Shown in pieces: positions 50,547 through 61,027 of a stretch of 64,000 nucleotides of DNA. The stretch lies in contig CAWGMQ010000008.1 of the NCBI GenBank assembly GCA_963823665.1, forward strand, positions 2,112,001-2,176,000. Reading direction: 5' to 3'. The notes under the pieces are model-generated. The model was not told the DNA's origin, searched no databases, and worked only from the letters and a program-made list of their open reading frames with translations. The position numbers were made by a program, and so were the translations under genes. The DNA is from an uncultured Planctomycetota bacterium. GTDB taxonomy: Bacteria; Planctomycetota; Planctomycetia; Isosphaerales; Isosphaeraceae. The first letter of the stretch is position 1. Every line of letters starts with the position of its first letter.

Positions 50547-51773
50547 CTAACGAGCCGACACCGAGAACGACCTGTTTACGGCGGTGTTGAATAACTCGCG
50601 CGCGACCGGCTCGGCTCTTGTTCGTTGCTGCGTGAATCCCTCGATCTCAAGTGCTGGAATCACTTTGTTTACCAGGTTCTCGATCGCCGTGAGCGGGTCT
50701 CCCTGATCAGGGCAAACGAATAAGTAGGCAACGCCGTCCTTACCCATGCGCCCCGTCCGGCCGATCCGGTGTACATAGTTCTCGGGATCGTCCGGCATGT
50801 CGTAGTTGATGACATGGCTGATCCCCTCGACATCGATGCCTCGACCGACAACGTCGGTAGCGACCAGCACGGAAATCTGGCCGCTCCGAAAGCCTCGCAT
50901 CACCCGATCCCGGGTGGATTGGGGAAGCTCGCCGTGAATGGCCGAAACGCCTTTGACCACTCGGTGCAGTCGATCGGCGAGCCGGTCGGCACCGCGCCGG
51001 GTGCGTGTGAAGACGATGCACTGCCTGGGCCGGTCGCGCTTCAGCAGCAGCAAGAGCAAGTCGAGCTTCTGGTCACCAGAGACCGGAACGTAGTACTGCT
51101 TGATGGACTCGACCGAAATCTCGTCCTGAGACAAATTGAGCTCGACCGATTGGTACATGTAGCGCTGGGCGAGCTTTCGAACGTCCGCGTTGATCGTGGC
51201 CGATAACAGCAACGTCTGACGCGGCGACGGCAGCTTGCGCAGGATGCGCTCGATATCAGGCCGGAAGCCGATGTCGAGCATGCGATCGGCCTCATCGAGG
51301 ACGACGTGAACGATATCGCCCAGATAGAGGGTTCGTCGCTCAATGTGATCGAGCACACGGCCGGGCGTACCTACGATCAGGTCAACGCCGCGCGCTAATG
51401 CCCGAATTTGTTTTTCGATCGGCTCGCCGCCAAAAATGCCGCAGACCGCGACAGGAGACCCCATTGCGAGTTTCTGTAACTCCGCGACGATCTGCTGCGT
51501 CAGCTCACGAGTAGGCGCGAGCACAATCGCTTGCGGCCCCCGCGCTCTGGCTTCAAGCATCTGGATCAACGGAATCCCGAACGCGGCGGTCTTGCCAGTA
51601 CCCGTTTTAGCCTGGCCGATCACGTCGTGACCTTCGAGCGCTTCAGGGATAAGAGCCGCTTGGATGGGGGTGGGAGTCAGGTAGCGGCAGTCCTTGAGAG
51701 CCTGAAGCATCGAGTGGCTCAGGCCCATGGAACGGAACCCGGCAACGGGCTCCTCAACACCTTGTCGAATCAA
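50547..51773 (-). CDS. DEAD-box RNA helicase
   Basis: PTPIQ, AKTGTGKT, PTREL, GTPGR, LDEADRMLD, SAT, RGID, HRIGRTGR. Confidence 0.97.
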   Translation of the reverse strand: MIRQGVEEPVAGFRSMGLSHSMLQALKDCRYLTPTPIQAALIPEALEGHDVIGQAKTGTGKTAAFGIPLIQMLEARARGPQAIVLAPTRELTQQIVAELQKLAMGSPVAVCGIFGGEPIEKQIRALARGVDLIVGTPGRVLDHIERRTLYLGDIVHVVLDEADRMLDIGFRPDIERILRKLPSPRQTLLLSATINADVRKLAQRYMYQSVELNLSQDEISVESIKQYYVPVSGDQKLDLLLLLLKRDRPRQCIVFTRTRRGADRLADRLHRVVKGVSAIHGELPQSTRDRVMRGFRSGQISVLVATDVVGRGIDVEGISHVINYDMPDDPENYVHRIGRTGRMGKDGVAYLFVCPDQGDPLTAIENLVNKVIPALEIEGFTQQRTRAEPVARELFNTAVNRSFSVSAR

Positions 51774-52178
51774 TCAATCCTCCAGGAACATTCGTCTGTC
51801 AAGATGACCCTTTAGAATCATCGTCGTCGTTTAAACTTCAGATTATCTTATCCGTTTAACCTGAGTTCGTCAAAGGCAATACCGCCTGAGCAGCCCAACA
51901 ACGGCTGCAACCGCTGGACTTTCCGATCGCCGAATCACCGCGTTTCTGCGACTCGTGCCAGGCCGCACCCGCCAAAAACGTCACGGACGACTTGCCCGAA
52001 TCAACTCGGCGCGCTAGTGTCTATAGTTGGTGATTGCAACCGTGCCGGGTCGCGAGGCCCGGGCCGCCCACCGCCCGTTGTTTTTCCCGCTCACTTTCCC
52101 TGCCAATCGGATGACGAAGCAAACCGGACTGCACGAGGGATCAACCACTTAACCAACCGGGAATGAGGAGCCGACGCC

Positions 52179-52388
52179 GTGGCCGACCAGACACCAGCCA
52201 GTAATGATTTGCAACAGAAGTACAGACAGTTCTTGGACTTGCTTCCACTCACGCTTAGTCTCGCGGGATTACCTCCCAGCGAAGGCAGGCTCTTCGGTGA
52301 GGAGCAGATTGAAGCACGGGGCATTACAGTCCGGGCGGCGTTCCGCGTTGCCCGCACGGTCGCAAGGGATTGCCTGGGCGGATCGTAA
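52179..52388 (+). CDS. Small hypothetical protein (69 aa)
   Basis: GAGGAG before GTG; FLDLLPLTLSLAGLP.SEGR..EEQIEAR looks protein-like. Confidence 0.75.
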   Translation: MADQTPASNDLQQKYRQFLDLLPLTLSLAGLPPSEGRLFGEEQIEARGITVRAAFRVARTVARDCLGGS

Positions 52389-52570
52389 GACCGTTGCCGG
52401 TCGCGTCTACGCCAGTCGTTCGATTCTCCCAGCATGCGCTGTTTGATTGGCGAAGAGAATCCGATAACACAATCGCGTGACGAGTTGGACGACCGCCTTC
52501 CTTGGAACCGGCGTCTCCGCTCGGTCAGGCGTTGATTCTTGCACCCCCCACGCGAAAGGTCTCCTGAGCG

Positions 52571-52945
52571 ATGATCCTGATGCAGCAATCTAGCCCCCGG
52601 CCTCGTCGCCTCCGCGCCGCATTCATCGGATTCGGTCTGGACAGCGGCGACGACGAACAGCGCCTTACCCGCGGCGACCAAACTTTGATCTTCGGCGGCT
52701 CGGCCGAGACCCATGCCGAATTGCAGGCAACCGCGCTCAGGATGGAGCGCGAGCTCAACCGTCGAGGCCAGGACCTTGGCGAGCTCGACCCAAAAGAGCT
52801 CGCCGACCTGGCCGCCATGATCGACTCTCCAGAACTGCACGAAATTGCGATGCGACTCCAGCAAGGGCTGGAACGGCAGGGGCGAGCCTTCGAAGACCTG
52901 TCTGCCGAAGAATTGACCGCACTATCAGGTCCGAACGATCTCTGA
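52571..52945 (+). CDS. Hypothetical protein (G.GLD..R.TRG..GGS.ETH motif)
   Basis: IGFGLDSGDDEQRLTRGD..FGGSAETHAELQ, followed by a duplicated L.R.G.....L...EL..L helix unit. Confidence 0.78.
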   Translation: MILMQQSSPRPRRLRAAFIGFGLDSGDDEQRLTRGDQTLIFGGSAETHAELQATALRMERELNRRGQDLGELDPKELADLAAMIDSPELHEIAMRLQQGLERQGRAFEDLSAEELTALSGPNDL

Positions 52946-53000
52946 AACGCGTTCTGTTGTCCATGCTCTGTTGACTTCCGCCAAAGGCCAGCGGTCCTTC

Positions 53001-53570
53001 TCAGAGAAGGTCCCGTTGGCCTTTCTTGCGACGTTCCTCGTTGACCAACCGCAGGGCCCGCGGTTCGTCCTTAATAAGCTTGATCAACTGCGACGGCGAG
53101 CATGCAAGTGCCAAAGCTGCGGTCCTGGGTTCGAAAGCACCGGCGTACAACACGTCAAGCGCCTCTGCCAGCAGTGCTGGGAATTCATCGTGATCCCGGT
53201 TCACGACAATACGTCCGCCGCGGCAACGCTGCAGCCAGAGCGCGCTGGGAGCATAAGAAACACCGGGCTGGCTGAGATCGATCGTCCTGCGAATCGAGAT
53301 TGCCAGCTCCAACCGGAGCCGTTTGAGCGCGACTGCGCGATTTTCGCCCTGCGACCGCCGTTCGCTCGCCTGAGCCCGTAACCCGGTCGGACCGTGGATC
53401 AATTCCACCGCCGTCTCGACCTTGTTCCGATGCTGGCCCCCAGGGCCCGACCGTCGCGTCGTCCGTACTTTACACTGGCTCGCGAGGACTGCCGCATCGA
53501 GTGCCGCGGGATGATCAATGCGTGCCGCTCGATCCGGTGTTTGGTCCGAGCCATTCATGGCAATCGACAC
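53001..53570 (-). CDS. Peptide chain release factor-like (RF-1 domain, GGQ) protein
   Basis: RRSGPGGQHRNKVETAV..HGPTG..ASERRSQ..NR..AL.RLR. Confidence 0.9.
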   Translation of the reverse strand: MSIAMNGSDQTPDRAARIDHPAALDAAVLASQCKVRTTRRSGPGGQHRNKVETAVELIHGPTGLRAQASERRSQGENRAVALKRLRLELAISIRRTIDLSQPGVSYAPSALWLQRCRGGRIVVNRDHDEFPALLAEALDVLYAGAFEPRTAALALACSPSQLIKLIKDEPRALRLVNEERRKKGQRDLL

Positions 53571-53817
53571 GCTGACACGCTTCGGTTCCTTTCGCTCGAG
53601 TTGACTCTATGGCAGGTGAACCTTCTTGCCAAGCCGGGAATGCGAAGAGGAGGCGAGCCGTCTCGTCTCTTGCTCGCGCCTGGACAGGCCGTTACTTTGG
53701 GGGCAGGGTCTGGTGGTGACAGGCGGGAAATCGGCCGGCGGCTTTTTTCTCGCGTCCGGCGCCGGCCGAACCCTTGATTGACACTCCCGGCCAGATTGCT
53801 GCGAGGTCGATCCGGAG

Positions 53818-54867
53818 GTGCTCCCCATGGTTCGGCCGCGCTGGAGGTCCTTGGCGATCACGGCTGCGAAATCGGGCGTCGCAATCATCGTCCTCTGGGC
53901 GGTTGGCCGTCACGTGATTCGCACGTACAGCGACCTGCGAGGCCGGAGCGAATCGCTCCATTTTGAGCCGATCTGGCTAACGGCGGCGGGTGTTCTCTAC
54001 CTGGCTGGACTGCTCGCATACGCTGTTTTCTTCGAGCTTGTGCTCCGATCGGGCCCGACACCCGTGCCTCTTCTTCCCGCCTGGCGAGCGTACATTGTGA
54101 GCCATCTGGCCAAGTACGTGCCCGGCAAGGCGATGGTTGTGGTCGTGCGCTCGGGGATGGTTGTTCCGTACGGCGGGCGAGCATCCACGGCGGCTGTTGC
54201 CACATTCTACGAAACACTGGTGATGATGAGCGCAGGCGGACTGGTTGCTGCGGCGGGCTTCGCGGCCGCGACCCGAACGGATACGGTCGCGCTGAGTCTC
54301 TGGGTTCTCGGCCGCATTGAGCTTCCCGTCTATCGATTGGCCAGCCTCGCGGCCATTGGTCTCGGACTGGCGTTTCTGATCGTCGTGCTGCCACCAGTCT
54401 TTATACGTGTTGCGCACCTGGTAACACTTCCCATCAAGGGTGTCGGTCGCGATGCGCTGCCTCGCGTCACGGGACGGCTCCTGGCCCAAGGGCTTTTCTG
54501 GTCCTGCGGTGGTTGGGTACTCCTCGGGCTGAGCCAGATCTCGGTGATTCGCGCGTTCGATCCCGCCGGCGCCGACGCAGTGGCCGCACTCGGGCTGGCA
54601 CCCGTGGTCATTGCCAGCGTGGCTCTGGCCACCGTGGCTGGATTTGTCGTGGCGGTTCTTCCCGGCGGACTCGGCGTGCGCGAGGGTGTGCTGATGTCGG
54701 CTCTGGCACCGGTCCTGGGCTCGGACCACGCTGTCGTCGCGGCACTCCTATTGCGGCTGGTATGGGTGGCCGCGGAGCTTGTCGGCGCGGCGGTCTTTTT
54801 TCCCTGGTTCCAGTGGGCTTCCGCAGCGAAACGCCTGCTCCCCGATCGAGATCAACCCAATCCATGA
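53818..54867 (+). CDS. Lysylphosphatidylglycerol-synthase-TM (flippase-like) membrane protein
   Basis: [27 protein letters not shown]; multiple TM helices. Confidence 0.85.
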   Translation: MLPMVRPRWRSLAITAAKSGVAIIVLWAVGRHVIRTYSDLRGRSESLHFEPIWLTAAGVLYLAGLLAYAVFFELVLRSGPTPVPLLPAWRAYIVSHLAKYVPGKAMVVVVRSGMVVPYGGRASTAAVATFYETLVMMSAGGLVAAAGFAAATRTDTVALSLWVLGRIELPVYRLASLAAIGLGLAFLIVVLPPVFIRVAHLVTLPIKGVGRDALPRVTGRLLAQGLFWSCGGWVLLGLSQISVIRAFDPAGADAVAALGLAPVVIASVALATVAGFVVAVLPGGLGVREGVLMSALAPVLGSDHAVVAALLLRLVWVAAELVGAAVFFPWFQWASAAKRLLPDRDQPNP

Positions 54868-55852
54868 TCAGCGTTGTCATCCCCGTGCGTGACGAGGCGG
54901 AGAGCCTGGCCGAGCTTCACGGCGAGCTGAGTGCCGTCTTCGCCGGAATGGCGCGCGGCCCGGTCGAATTCATTTTCATCGACGATGGCAGCCGTGACTG
55001 TTCCTGGAGCGTCATTCTCGCGCTTTCGGAGAGTGATCCTCGCGTCAGCGCAATCCGGTTCCGTCGCAACTTCGGCAAAGCGGCGGCGCTCACAGCGGCG
55101 TTTCAGTCTGCGCGAGGCAGCCTGGTTTTCACCCTGGATGGCGACCTTCAAGATGATCCGGCGGAAATCCCGCGGTTTCTCGACCGGCTCGATGAAGGCT
55201 ACGATGTTGTGAGCGGCTGGAAGAGAACCCGTCACGATCCCTGGCACAAGGTGTATCCCAGCCGGGTATTCAACTGGCTTGTCAGCCGGCTCACCGGTTG
55301 CCGCCTGCACGACCACAACTGCGGCTTCAAGCTTTACCGTCGCGAAGTGCTTCGCGAGATCGGCCTGTATGGCGAGCTGCATCGTTTCGTCCCGGTACTG
55401 GCCCACGCCCGCGGATTTCGCGTTAGCGAGGTCGAGGTCCGGCATCGCCGTCGTCGTCACGGGGCTTCAAAGTACGGGTTCTCGCGGTTCATGAAAGGAT
55501 TTCTCGACCTGCTTACTGTCCGTTTCTTGACGCGATTCCGCGAGCGCCCCTCCATATGATGGGGGGAATCGGTCTTTCGCTCTTCGCCCTGGGTGGGCTC
55601 GGTATGCTCTCGCTTGCCGTGATGTGGCTCGATCCGGCCAATCGGCCAATCGGCACTCGCCCATTGCTGTTTTATTCGATCGCACTGTTGCTGGTCGGTC
55701 TCCAGCTCGTGACGATGGGAATACTGGCCGAGCTCGTCACCGCTTACAACATTCGCACCGAGGATGTTTACAGCATTGCCGAGCGGATTCCGGGTAACGA
55801 AACCGATAAGATTTCCAGCGCCGCCGAGTCGCACGCCCCGCCGTCTTGTTGA
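54864..55852 (+). CDS. GT2 polyprenyl-phosphate glycosyltransferase (ArnC/GtrB-like); frameshift near 55549
   Basis: [41 protein letters not shown]; two C-terminal TMs in ORF 55556..55852. Confidence 0.9.
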
Positions 55853-55935
55853 CCTCGCATCCTTTTGCAGACATGCTCGGCTCATTCCGAAAAACCGGCA
55901 CGTCCGCGGTTCACCGGTACGACGGAGATCGATCG

Positions 55936-57423
55936 ATGGACGAGTCCAAACCGCTTGAAGCAAAACCCGAGCCGCGACGGCTTATGGCCCAGCTCGTCAT
56001 CATCTCCGCGACCTCGCTCGCGCTGGGGCACTGCTTGCGCCAGCCAGCACAGATGGGGGCCAACGACATCTCGCGCTGGTGCACCGTCTGGAGCCTTCTC
56101 GAGCGAGGGTCCTACGTCATCGACGAATGCCCGTGGCAGATCGAGACTCAGGACAAAGTCTTCCATGAGTCCAAGGAAGCAAGCGGCTCGTCGTCCGGTA
56201 AACACTTCTATTCCAGCAAACCGGCGCTCTTGCCGACATTGATCGCCGGCATTCTCTATCCGGCGCGATGGGCCACCGGCGTTCCCCTCGATCGCGTCAT
56301 CTTCCAGGAGCGCCTGCCGCGCTGGACGCAACAGCCCGATCCCACTTCGCCAAACAGGGTCAAGGGCGTACTCGAGACACCCAAGGAACCCGCCAGATGG
56401 CCAGTCTACATTTACTACTTCAAGCCGGTCATTGTGCTACTCAACGTCATCCCGTACAGCATCTTCCTGGTGTTGTTCACTCGAGTCCTGGACCGCCTGG
56501 CGCTCGGCGACTGGACCTGGTTCTTCTGTTTGATAGCCGCGGCGTTCGCTACCTATCTGTTGCCCTTTACACAGACTCTGAACAACCACTCAATCGCCGC
56601 CTCGAGTGTGTTCTTCTCGGTTTACTCCTTCCTCCGCATCTGGGACGAAAGATTGCTTTCCGGTTGGCGGTTCGCGGCCTCCGGTTTCTTCGCTGCCTTC
56701 GCAGCCGCCAATGAGTTGCCCGCGCTCGCCCTGCTGCCGCTGCTCTTCTGTCTGCTGGTCCTGCGCCATCCCCGCCAGACACTGGTTTGGTTCATTCCAG
56801 CCGCGCTCATTCCGATAGGCGCGTTCCTTACCGCACAATACGCGGTCTTCGGCGAGCTGAGATTGGCGTACGAATCCTTTGGAAGCGACGAGTATCTCTA
56901 CGAAGGAAGTCTCTGGAAGACTCCCCTCGACCTCGACGCGTTCAACGACCACCCCGAGCCGTATCCTGTTTACTTATTTCACATGACCCTGGGACATCAT
57001 GGTGTATTTTCGCTGACCCCGATCTTCTTTTTCTCGGCGTTTGGAGCCGCCCGACTGGTCATGGCCGGAGGCCGACTAAAATCGGCCTCCGCCGCCAACC
57101 GACAGCCATTGGTCACACTGGCCTATCTGACGACGGTGCTGACCATCATCGTGCTGGCGTTCTACACCTGGAACCCGAAAGCGCGGAACTACGGCGGCTC
57201 GACCCAGGGTCTGCGCTGGCTGTTCTGGATGATTCCACTCTGGCTCCTTTTGTTGCCCAAAGGTGTCGAGCCGGGTGAAACAAGACACTGGGTTCGCCCG
57301 CTGGCGCTTTCGGCACTGGCGGTCTCGATCATGTCGGTCGGATACGCTATTCGCAATCCCTGGACCCACCCCTGGATCCTGGACGCCCTCCAGCACCTGG
57401 ATTTGTATCCGTTGACTCGGTAG
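55936..57423 (+). CDS. Polytopic membrane protein, probable GT-C-type glycosyltransferase
   Basis: ANDISRW.TV.SL, DKV, HFYSSKP.L loop after TM1, NNH, NYGG....LRW; about 10 TM helices; follows the GT2 gene. Confidence 0.65.
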   Translation: MDESKPLEAKPEPRRLMAQLVIISATSLALGHCLRQPAQMGANDISRWCTVWSLLERGSYVIDECPWQIETQDKVFHESKEASGSSSGKHFYSSKPALLPTLIAGILYPARWATGVPLDRVIFQERLPRWTQQPDPTSPNRVKGVLETPKEPARWPVYIYYFKPVIVLLNVIPYSIFLVLFTRVLDRLALGDWTWFFCLIAAAFATYLLPFTQTLNNHSIAASSVFFSVYSFLRIWDERLLSGWRFAASGFFAAFAAANELPALALLPLLFCLLVLRHPRQTLVWFIPAALIPIGAFLTAQYAVFGELRLAYESFGSDEYLYEGSLWKTPLDLDAFNDHPEPYPVYLFHMTLGHHGVFSLTPIFFFSAFGAARLVMAGGRLKSASAANRQPLVTLAYLTTVLTIIVLAFYTWNPKARNYGGSTQGLRWLFWMIPLWLLLLPKGVEPGETRHWVRPLALSALAVSIMSVGYAIRNPWTHPWILDALQHLDLYPLTR

Positions 57424-57465
57424 GTTTGCTGTAATGAATGCCGCGTCCGGAGAGGAGACGCAGAC

Positions 57466-58806
57466 GTGAGCAAACCGTTTGCGGATCGAGCCGATGCAGG
57501 CCGCGTTCTGGCGGAAGATCTCAAGGAGTATTCCGGCCGCCCGGATGTGATCGTCTTGGGGCTGCCGCGGGGTGGAATCCCCGTCGCCTACGAGGTCGCA
57601 CTCGCCTTGCATGCACCGCTCGACGTTTTCCTGGTGCGAAAACTTGGCGCCCCGGGGCAGGAAGAACTGGCAATGGGAGCCATCGCTTCCGGCGGTGTCG
57701 TCGTCGTGAACGATGAAGTCATCGACGCGCTTGGAATCTCTCAAGAAGAACTGAAGGCCGAAGTCGAAACCGAGACCCGGGAGCTCGAGCGCCGCGAGGC
57801 AATGTATCGAGGCGGATCTCCGCTCGCCCCGATCAACGGAAAAACCGTGATCTTGATCGACGACGGCCTGGCAACCGGCTCGACAATGCGCGCTGCCCTG
57901 GCCGCTCTCAAACGCTTTGAGCCCTCGCAGGTCGTGGTCGCAGTTCCCGTCGGTGCCAGTTCGACTTGCGCCGAGCTCGAAGCCATCGCCGATCGCTGCG
58001 TGTGCTCCATTTCGCCGGAGAACTTCCGTTCGGTCGGCTTGTGGTATGACGATTTTGCCCAGACGACGGACGAGGAGGTCAGCGAGCTGCTCCGCCGCGG
58101 TGCCGCCCGCTTCATCGGAAGTGCGCAGGACAATCCCGCCACGCCGCTGCACACTGGGCTCGAGCGCGACTTGACGATTGACACCGACGGGCGAACACTG
58201 CGCGGAACGCTTGGACTTCCCGAGCGCGCTGCCGCGGTCGTCCTCTTCGCGCACGGCAGCGGCAGCGGGCGGAAGAGCCCGCGGAACCAGTACGTCGCGG
58301 ACGTCTTGCAGAATGCCGGGCTGGCAACACTCTTGATCGATCTTCTCGAAGAGGAAGAAGCCAGCGATCGCTCCAAGGTTTTCGACATCGCGCTCCTCGC
58401 TGGACGCCTACGAGCCGCGGCCCAGTGGCTCGCCGGCAGGCCCGAGACAGCCCACCTTCGGCTCGGATACTTCGGGGCAAGCACCGGCGCCGGGGCGGCA
58501 CTCCTCGCGGCGGCGCAAGCACCCGAATCGGTTGGTGCCATCGTCTCACGCGGGGGGCGCCCTGATCTTGCAGACCTGGCGCTGCCACTCGTCACAGCAC
58601 CCTGCCTGCTCATCGTCGGCGGCGGCGATCAACAAGTCCTCGAGCTCAATCGCCAGGCATACGAACGCATGAAATGCCTGCGCCGACTCGTTGTCGTTTC
58701 CGGCGCGACGCACCTGTTTCCCGAACCTGGGGCGCTCGAGGAAGTCGCCCAGCGGGCCAAAGAGTGGTTTGTTCAGTATCTGGTTAGCCCGGCGGACGTT
58801 CGATGA
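57466..58806 (+). CDS. Phosphoribosyltransferase fused to dienelactone-hydrolase-like alpha/beta hydrolase
   Basis: [27 protein letters not shown]; then [37 protein letters not shown]. Confidence 0.92.
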   Translation: MSKPFADRADAGRVLAEDLKEYSGRPDVIVLGLPRGGIPVAYEVALALHAPLDVFLVRKLGAPGQEELAMGAIASGGVVVVNDEVIDALGISQEELKAEVETETRELERREAMYRGGSPLAPINGKTVILIDDGLATGSTMRAALAALKRFEPSQVVVAVPVGASSTCAELEAIADRCVCSISPENFRSVGLWYDDFAQTTDEEVSELLRRGAARFIGSAQDNPATPLHTGLERDLTIDTDGRTLRGTLGLPERAAAVVLFAHGSGSGRKSPRNQYVADVLQNAGLATLLIDLLEEEEASDRSKVFDIALLAGRLRAAAQWLAGRPETAHLRLGYFGASTGAGAALLAAAQAPESVGAIVSRGGRPDLADLALPLVTAPCLLIVGGGDQQVLELNRQAYERMKCLRRLVVVSGATHLFPEPGALEEVAQRAKEWFVQYLVSPADVR

Positions 58807-58941
58807 CAACGAACTGCCTCGATCACGTTCGAACTACGCAGGACCCCCAACGAGAAGGTTTGCTCACGCCCGACGGTCGACTACACTGGACGTTCCTTCC
58901 GGACCATCCCACCATCATTCGATTTCAACCGGGAACCCGCC

Positions 58942-59700
58942 GTGCTGCTACAGGAGTTGAGCTGGCCCAGCGTTGCGGCCGTCGCCACGGAGGTGCCGAT
59001 CGTTGTTCCAATCGCCGCCATCGAGCAGCACGGGCGCCATCTGCCCGTCTTCACCGACAGCATGCTGCTCGGCGAAGTCTCCGGGCGCGCTCGAACCGTA
59101 CTGGGTGACCGCGTGCTCTGGACGCCTCTCCTCTGGCTGGGAAACTCTCACCATCACATGGACTTCGCCGGCACTCTTTCAGCCGCGCCTCGGACTTACC
59201 TCGACCTTCTCGCCGATCTGATCGGCAACCTCGTCACCCACGGTTTCAAGAGGATCGTGCTCTTGAACGGGCACGGCGGCAACATCGTTCCAGCCGGGCA
59301 GGCCGTTTTTGAAGCCCGCCAGCGCTACCGGGCTCGTAATGACTTGTTGCTGCTTTCCGCGACGTACTGGCTATTGGGCTCCAGGCCGAAACAAGCCGAT
59401 CCGTCACTCGTGCAGGATCAAATGGGCCACGCTTGCGAGTGGGAGACCTCGATGATGCTGCATCTCGCGCCGCGGTCAGTCGGCGACCTGAGCCAGGTTG
59501 AGGCGGTATCGTCGCGAATGCCGTTCGAGGCGGCGGCGCAGGGCTGGATTACGAAGGATCGAAGCTCAAATGGCCACATTGGTGATCCAAGACACGCGAC
59601 AGCCGCCAAGGGTGAAACCCTGTTCCGGTTGTTTGCCCAGGACGTCGTCACCTTTCTGGAGCGGGTGATCCAATGGGATGGCCGTTCCTGGGATGGATGA
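58942..59700 (+). CDS. Creatininase family amidohydrolase
   Basis: IEQHG.HLP..TD, G.SHHH..FAGT, NGHGGN, GHACEWETS, GDP..ATAAKG. Confidence 0.93.
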   Translation: MLLQELSWPSVAAVATEVPIVVPIAAIEQHGRHLPVFTDSMLLGEVSGRARTVLGDRVLWTPLLWLGNSHHHMDFAGTLSAAPRTYLDLLADLIGNLVTHGFKRIVLLNGHGGNIVPAGQAVFEARQRYRARNDLLLLSATYWLLGSRPKQADPSLVQDQMGHACEWETSMMLHLAPRSVGDLSQVEAVSSRMPFEAAAQGWITKDRSSNGHIGDPRHATAAKGETLFRLFAQDVVTFLERVIQWDGRSWDG

Positions 59701-61027
59701 TATGGATGGGAGTGAAGCAACTGCGAAAGACCCGTTACAGCGTGCGTCACCGCGAACCTGGGCTATCTGCGTTTTGATGCTGCTCGCAACAATGCTCAAC
59801 TACATGGACCGGCTGGCGCTTTCGCAGCAGGCAACCGAGATTAGCAGCGAGCTCGGGCTCACAAACAAGGATTACGCCGCTATCGAGCAAGGATTTGGAC
59901 TCGCTTTTGCGATCGGAGGCGTCGTCACAGGTCTCGCGGCAGACCGAATCAGCCCGCGCTGGCTCTATCCCGGTGTGTTGCTATGCTGGTCGCTCGTCGG
60001 ATGTGCAACCGGCTGGGTGACAAGCTATCGCGAGCTGCTCGTTTGCAGAGTGCTGCTCGGCTTCTTCGAGGCCGGACAGTGGCCGTGCGCTTTGGTCACA
60101 GCCCAGCGTATGCTTTCACGCCGGGACCGCCCGCTGGGTAACAGCATCATCCAGAGCGGCGCGTCTCTGGGCGCGATCGCCACGCCAATCGCCGTACTGT
60201 ATCTTGCGACCGCTTCCACGGGCGGCTGGCGGCTGCCGTTCCGCGTCATCGGCGCAGCCGGTGTCGGCTGGGTGGCGGTCTGGTTGGCCACGGTCCGCTC
60301 TCGTGACTTGCATCTTGCAGAGTCGGCTACGCCCGGCTTGACAGAGGACGGTCATTTTGTGGGAGAAAGTGCAGAGGCTGGAGCGAAAAAATCGCCATTT
60401 TTCAGAAGCTCGACCTTCATCCGCCGGTTTCTCGCCCTGGGCATCGTTGTCGTCGTCATCAACCTTTGCTGGCAGTTCTTCAGGGCCTGGATGCCCAAAA
60501 TGCTCCGGGAGCAGTATCAGTATCGCGCAAACGATGTCCAGTATTTCTCAATTGGGTACTACATCGCGGCCGACGTGGGGTGCCTGGCGATCGGGTTCCT
60601 CACAAAATGGCTCTCGGGCCGCGGCATATCTGTGCACGGAGCTCGCTTGGCCACCTTTTTCCTGTGCTGTCTCCTGACCGCGCTCAGCGTCGTGGCCGCG
60701 GGTTTGCCGGCCTCTGCCTTGCTGTTGGCCACACTCATGGTCATCGGATTCGGCTCGCTCGGGCAATTCCCAAACTATTACGCCTTCACACAGGAACTCT
60801 CCGCACGTCGAATGGGAAACATCACCGGTGCGCTCAGCTTTCTAACCTGGATGGTCCACGCGCTCGTGCAAGACCCGATTGGCGCCTGGCTCGACCGCAC
60901 CCACCGCTACGCGCCAATCATGCTGCTGGCCGGTCTGATGCCGCTTGTCGGACTTCTTGCAGTCGTTTTACTTTGGAATCCATGGTGGCAGCGTGCCCCG
61001 CGTAAAAGCGACACTATGAACAAATGA
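59693..61027 (+). CDS. MFS transporter (ACS-like)
   Basis: LATMLNYMDR, GLAADRISPRW, RVLLGFFEAG.WP, GWRLPF; about 12 TM. Confidence 0.92.
   Translation: MDDMDGSEATAKDPLQRASPRTWAICVLMLLATMLNYMDRLALSQQATEISSELGLTNKDYAAIEQGFGLAFAIGGVVTGLAADRISPRWLYPGVLLCWSLVGCATGWVTSYRELLVCRVLLGFFEAGQWPCALVTAQRMLSRRDRPLGNSIIQSGASLGAIATPIAVLYLATASTGGWRLPFRVIGAAGVGWVAVWLATVRSRDLHLAESATPGLTEDGHFVGESAEAGAKKSPFFRSSTFIRRFLALGIVVVVINLCWQFFRAWMPKMLREQYQYRANDVQYFSIGYYIAADVGCLAIGFLTKWLSGRGISVHGARLATFFLCCLLTALSVVAAGLPASALLLATLMVIGFGSLGQFPNYYAFTQELSARRMGNITGALSFLTWMVHALVQDPIGAWLDRTHRYAPIMLLAGLMPLVGLLAVVLLWNPWWQRAPRKSDTMNK

Noticed and set aside
53720..53752. Possible intrinsic terminator (GCCGGCGGC followed by a T-run)
   Set aside because: Stem and loop too short to be convincing, and it lies between divergent genes.
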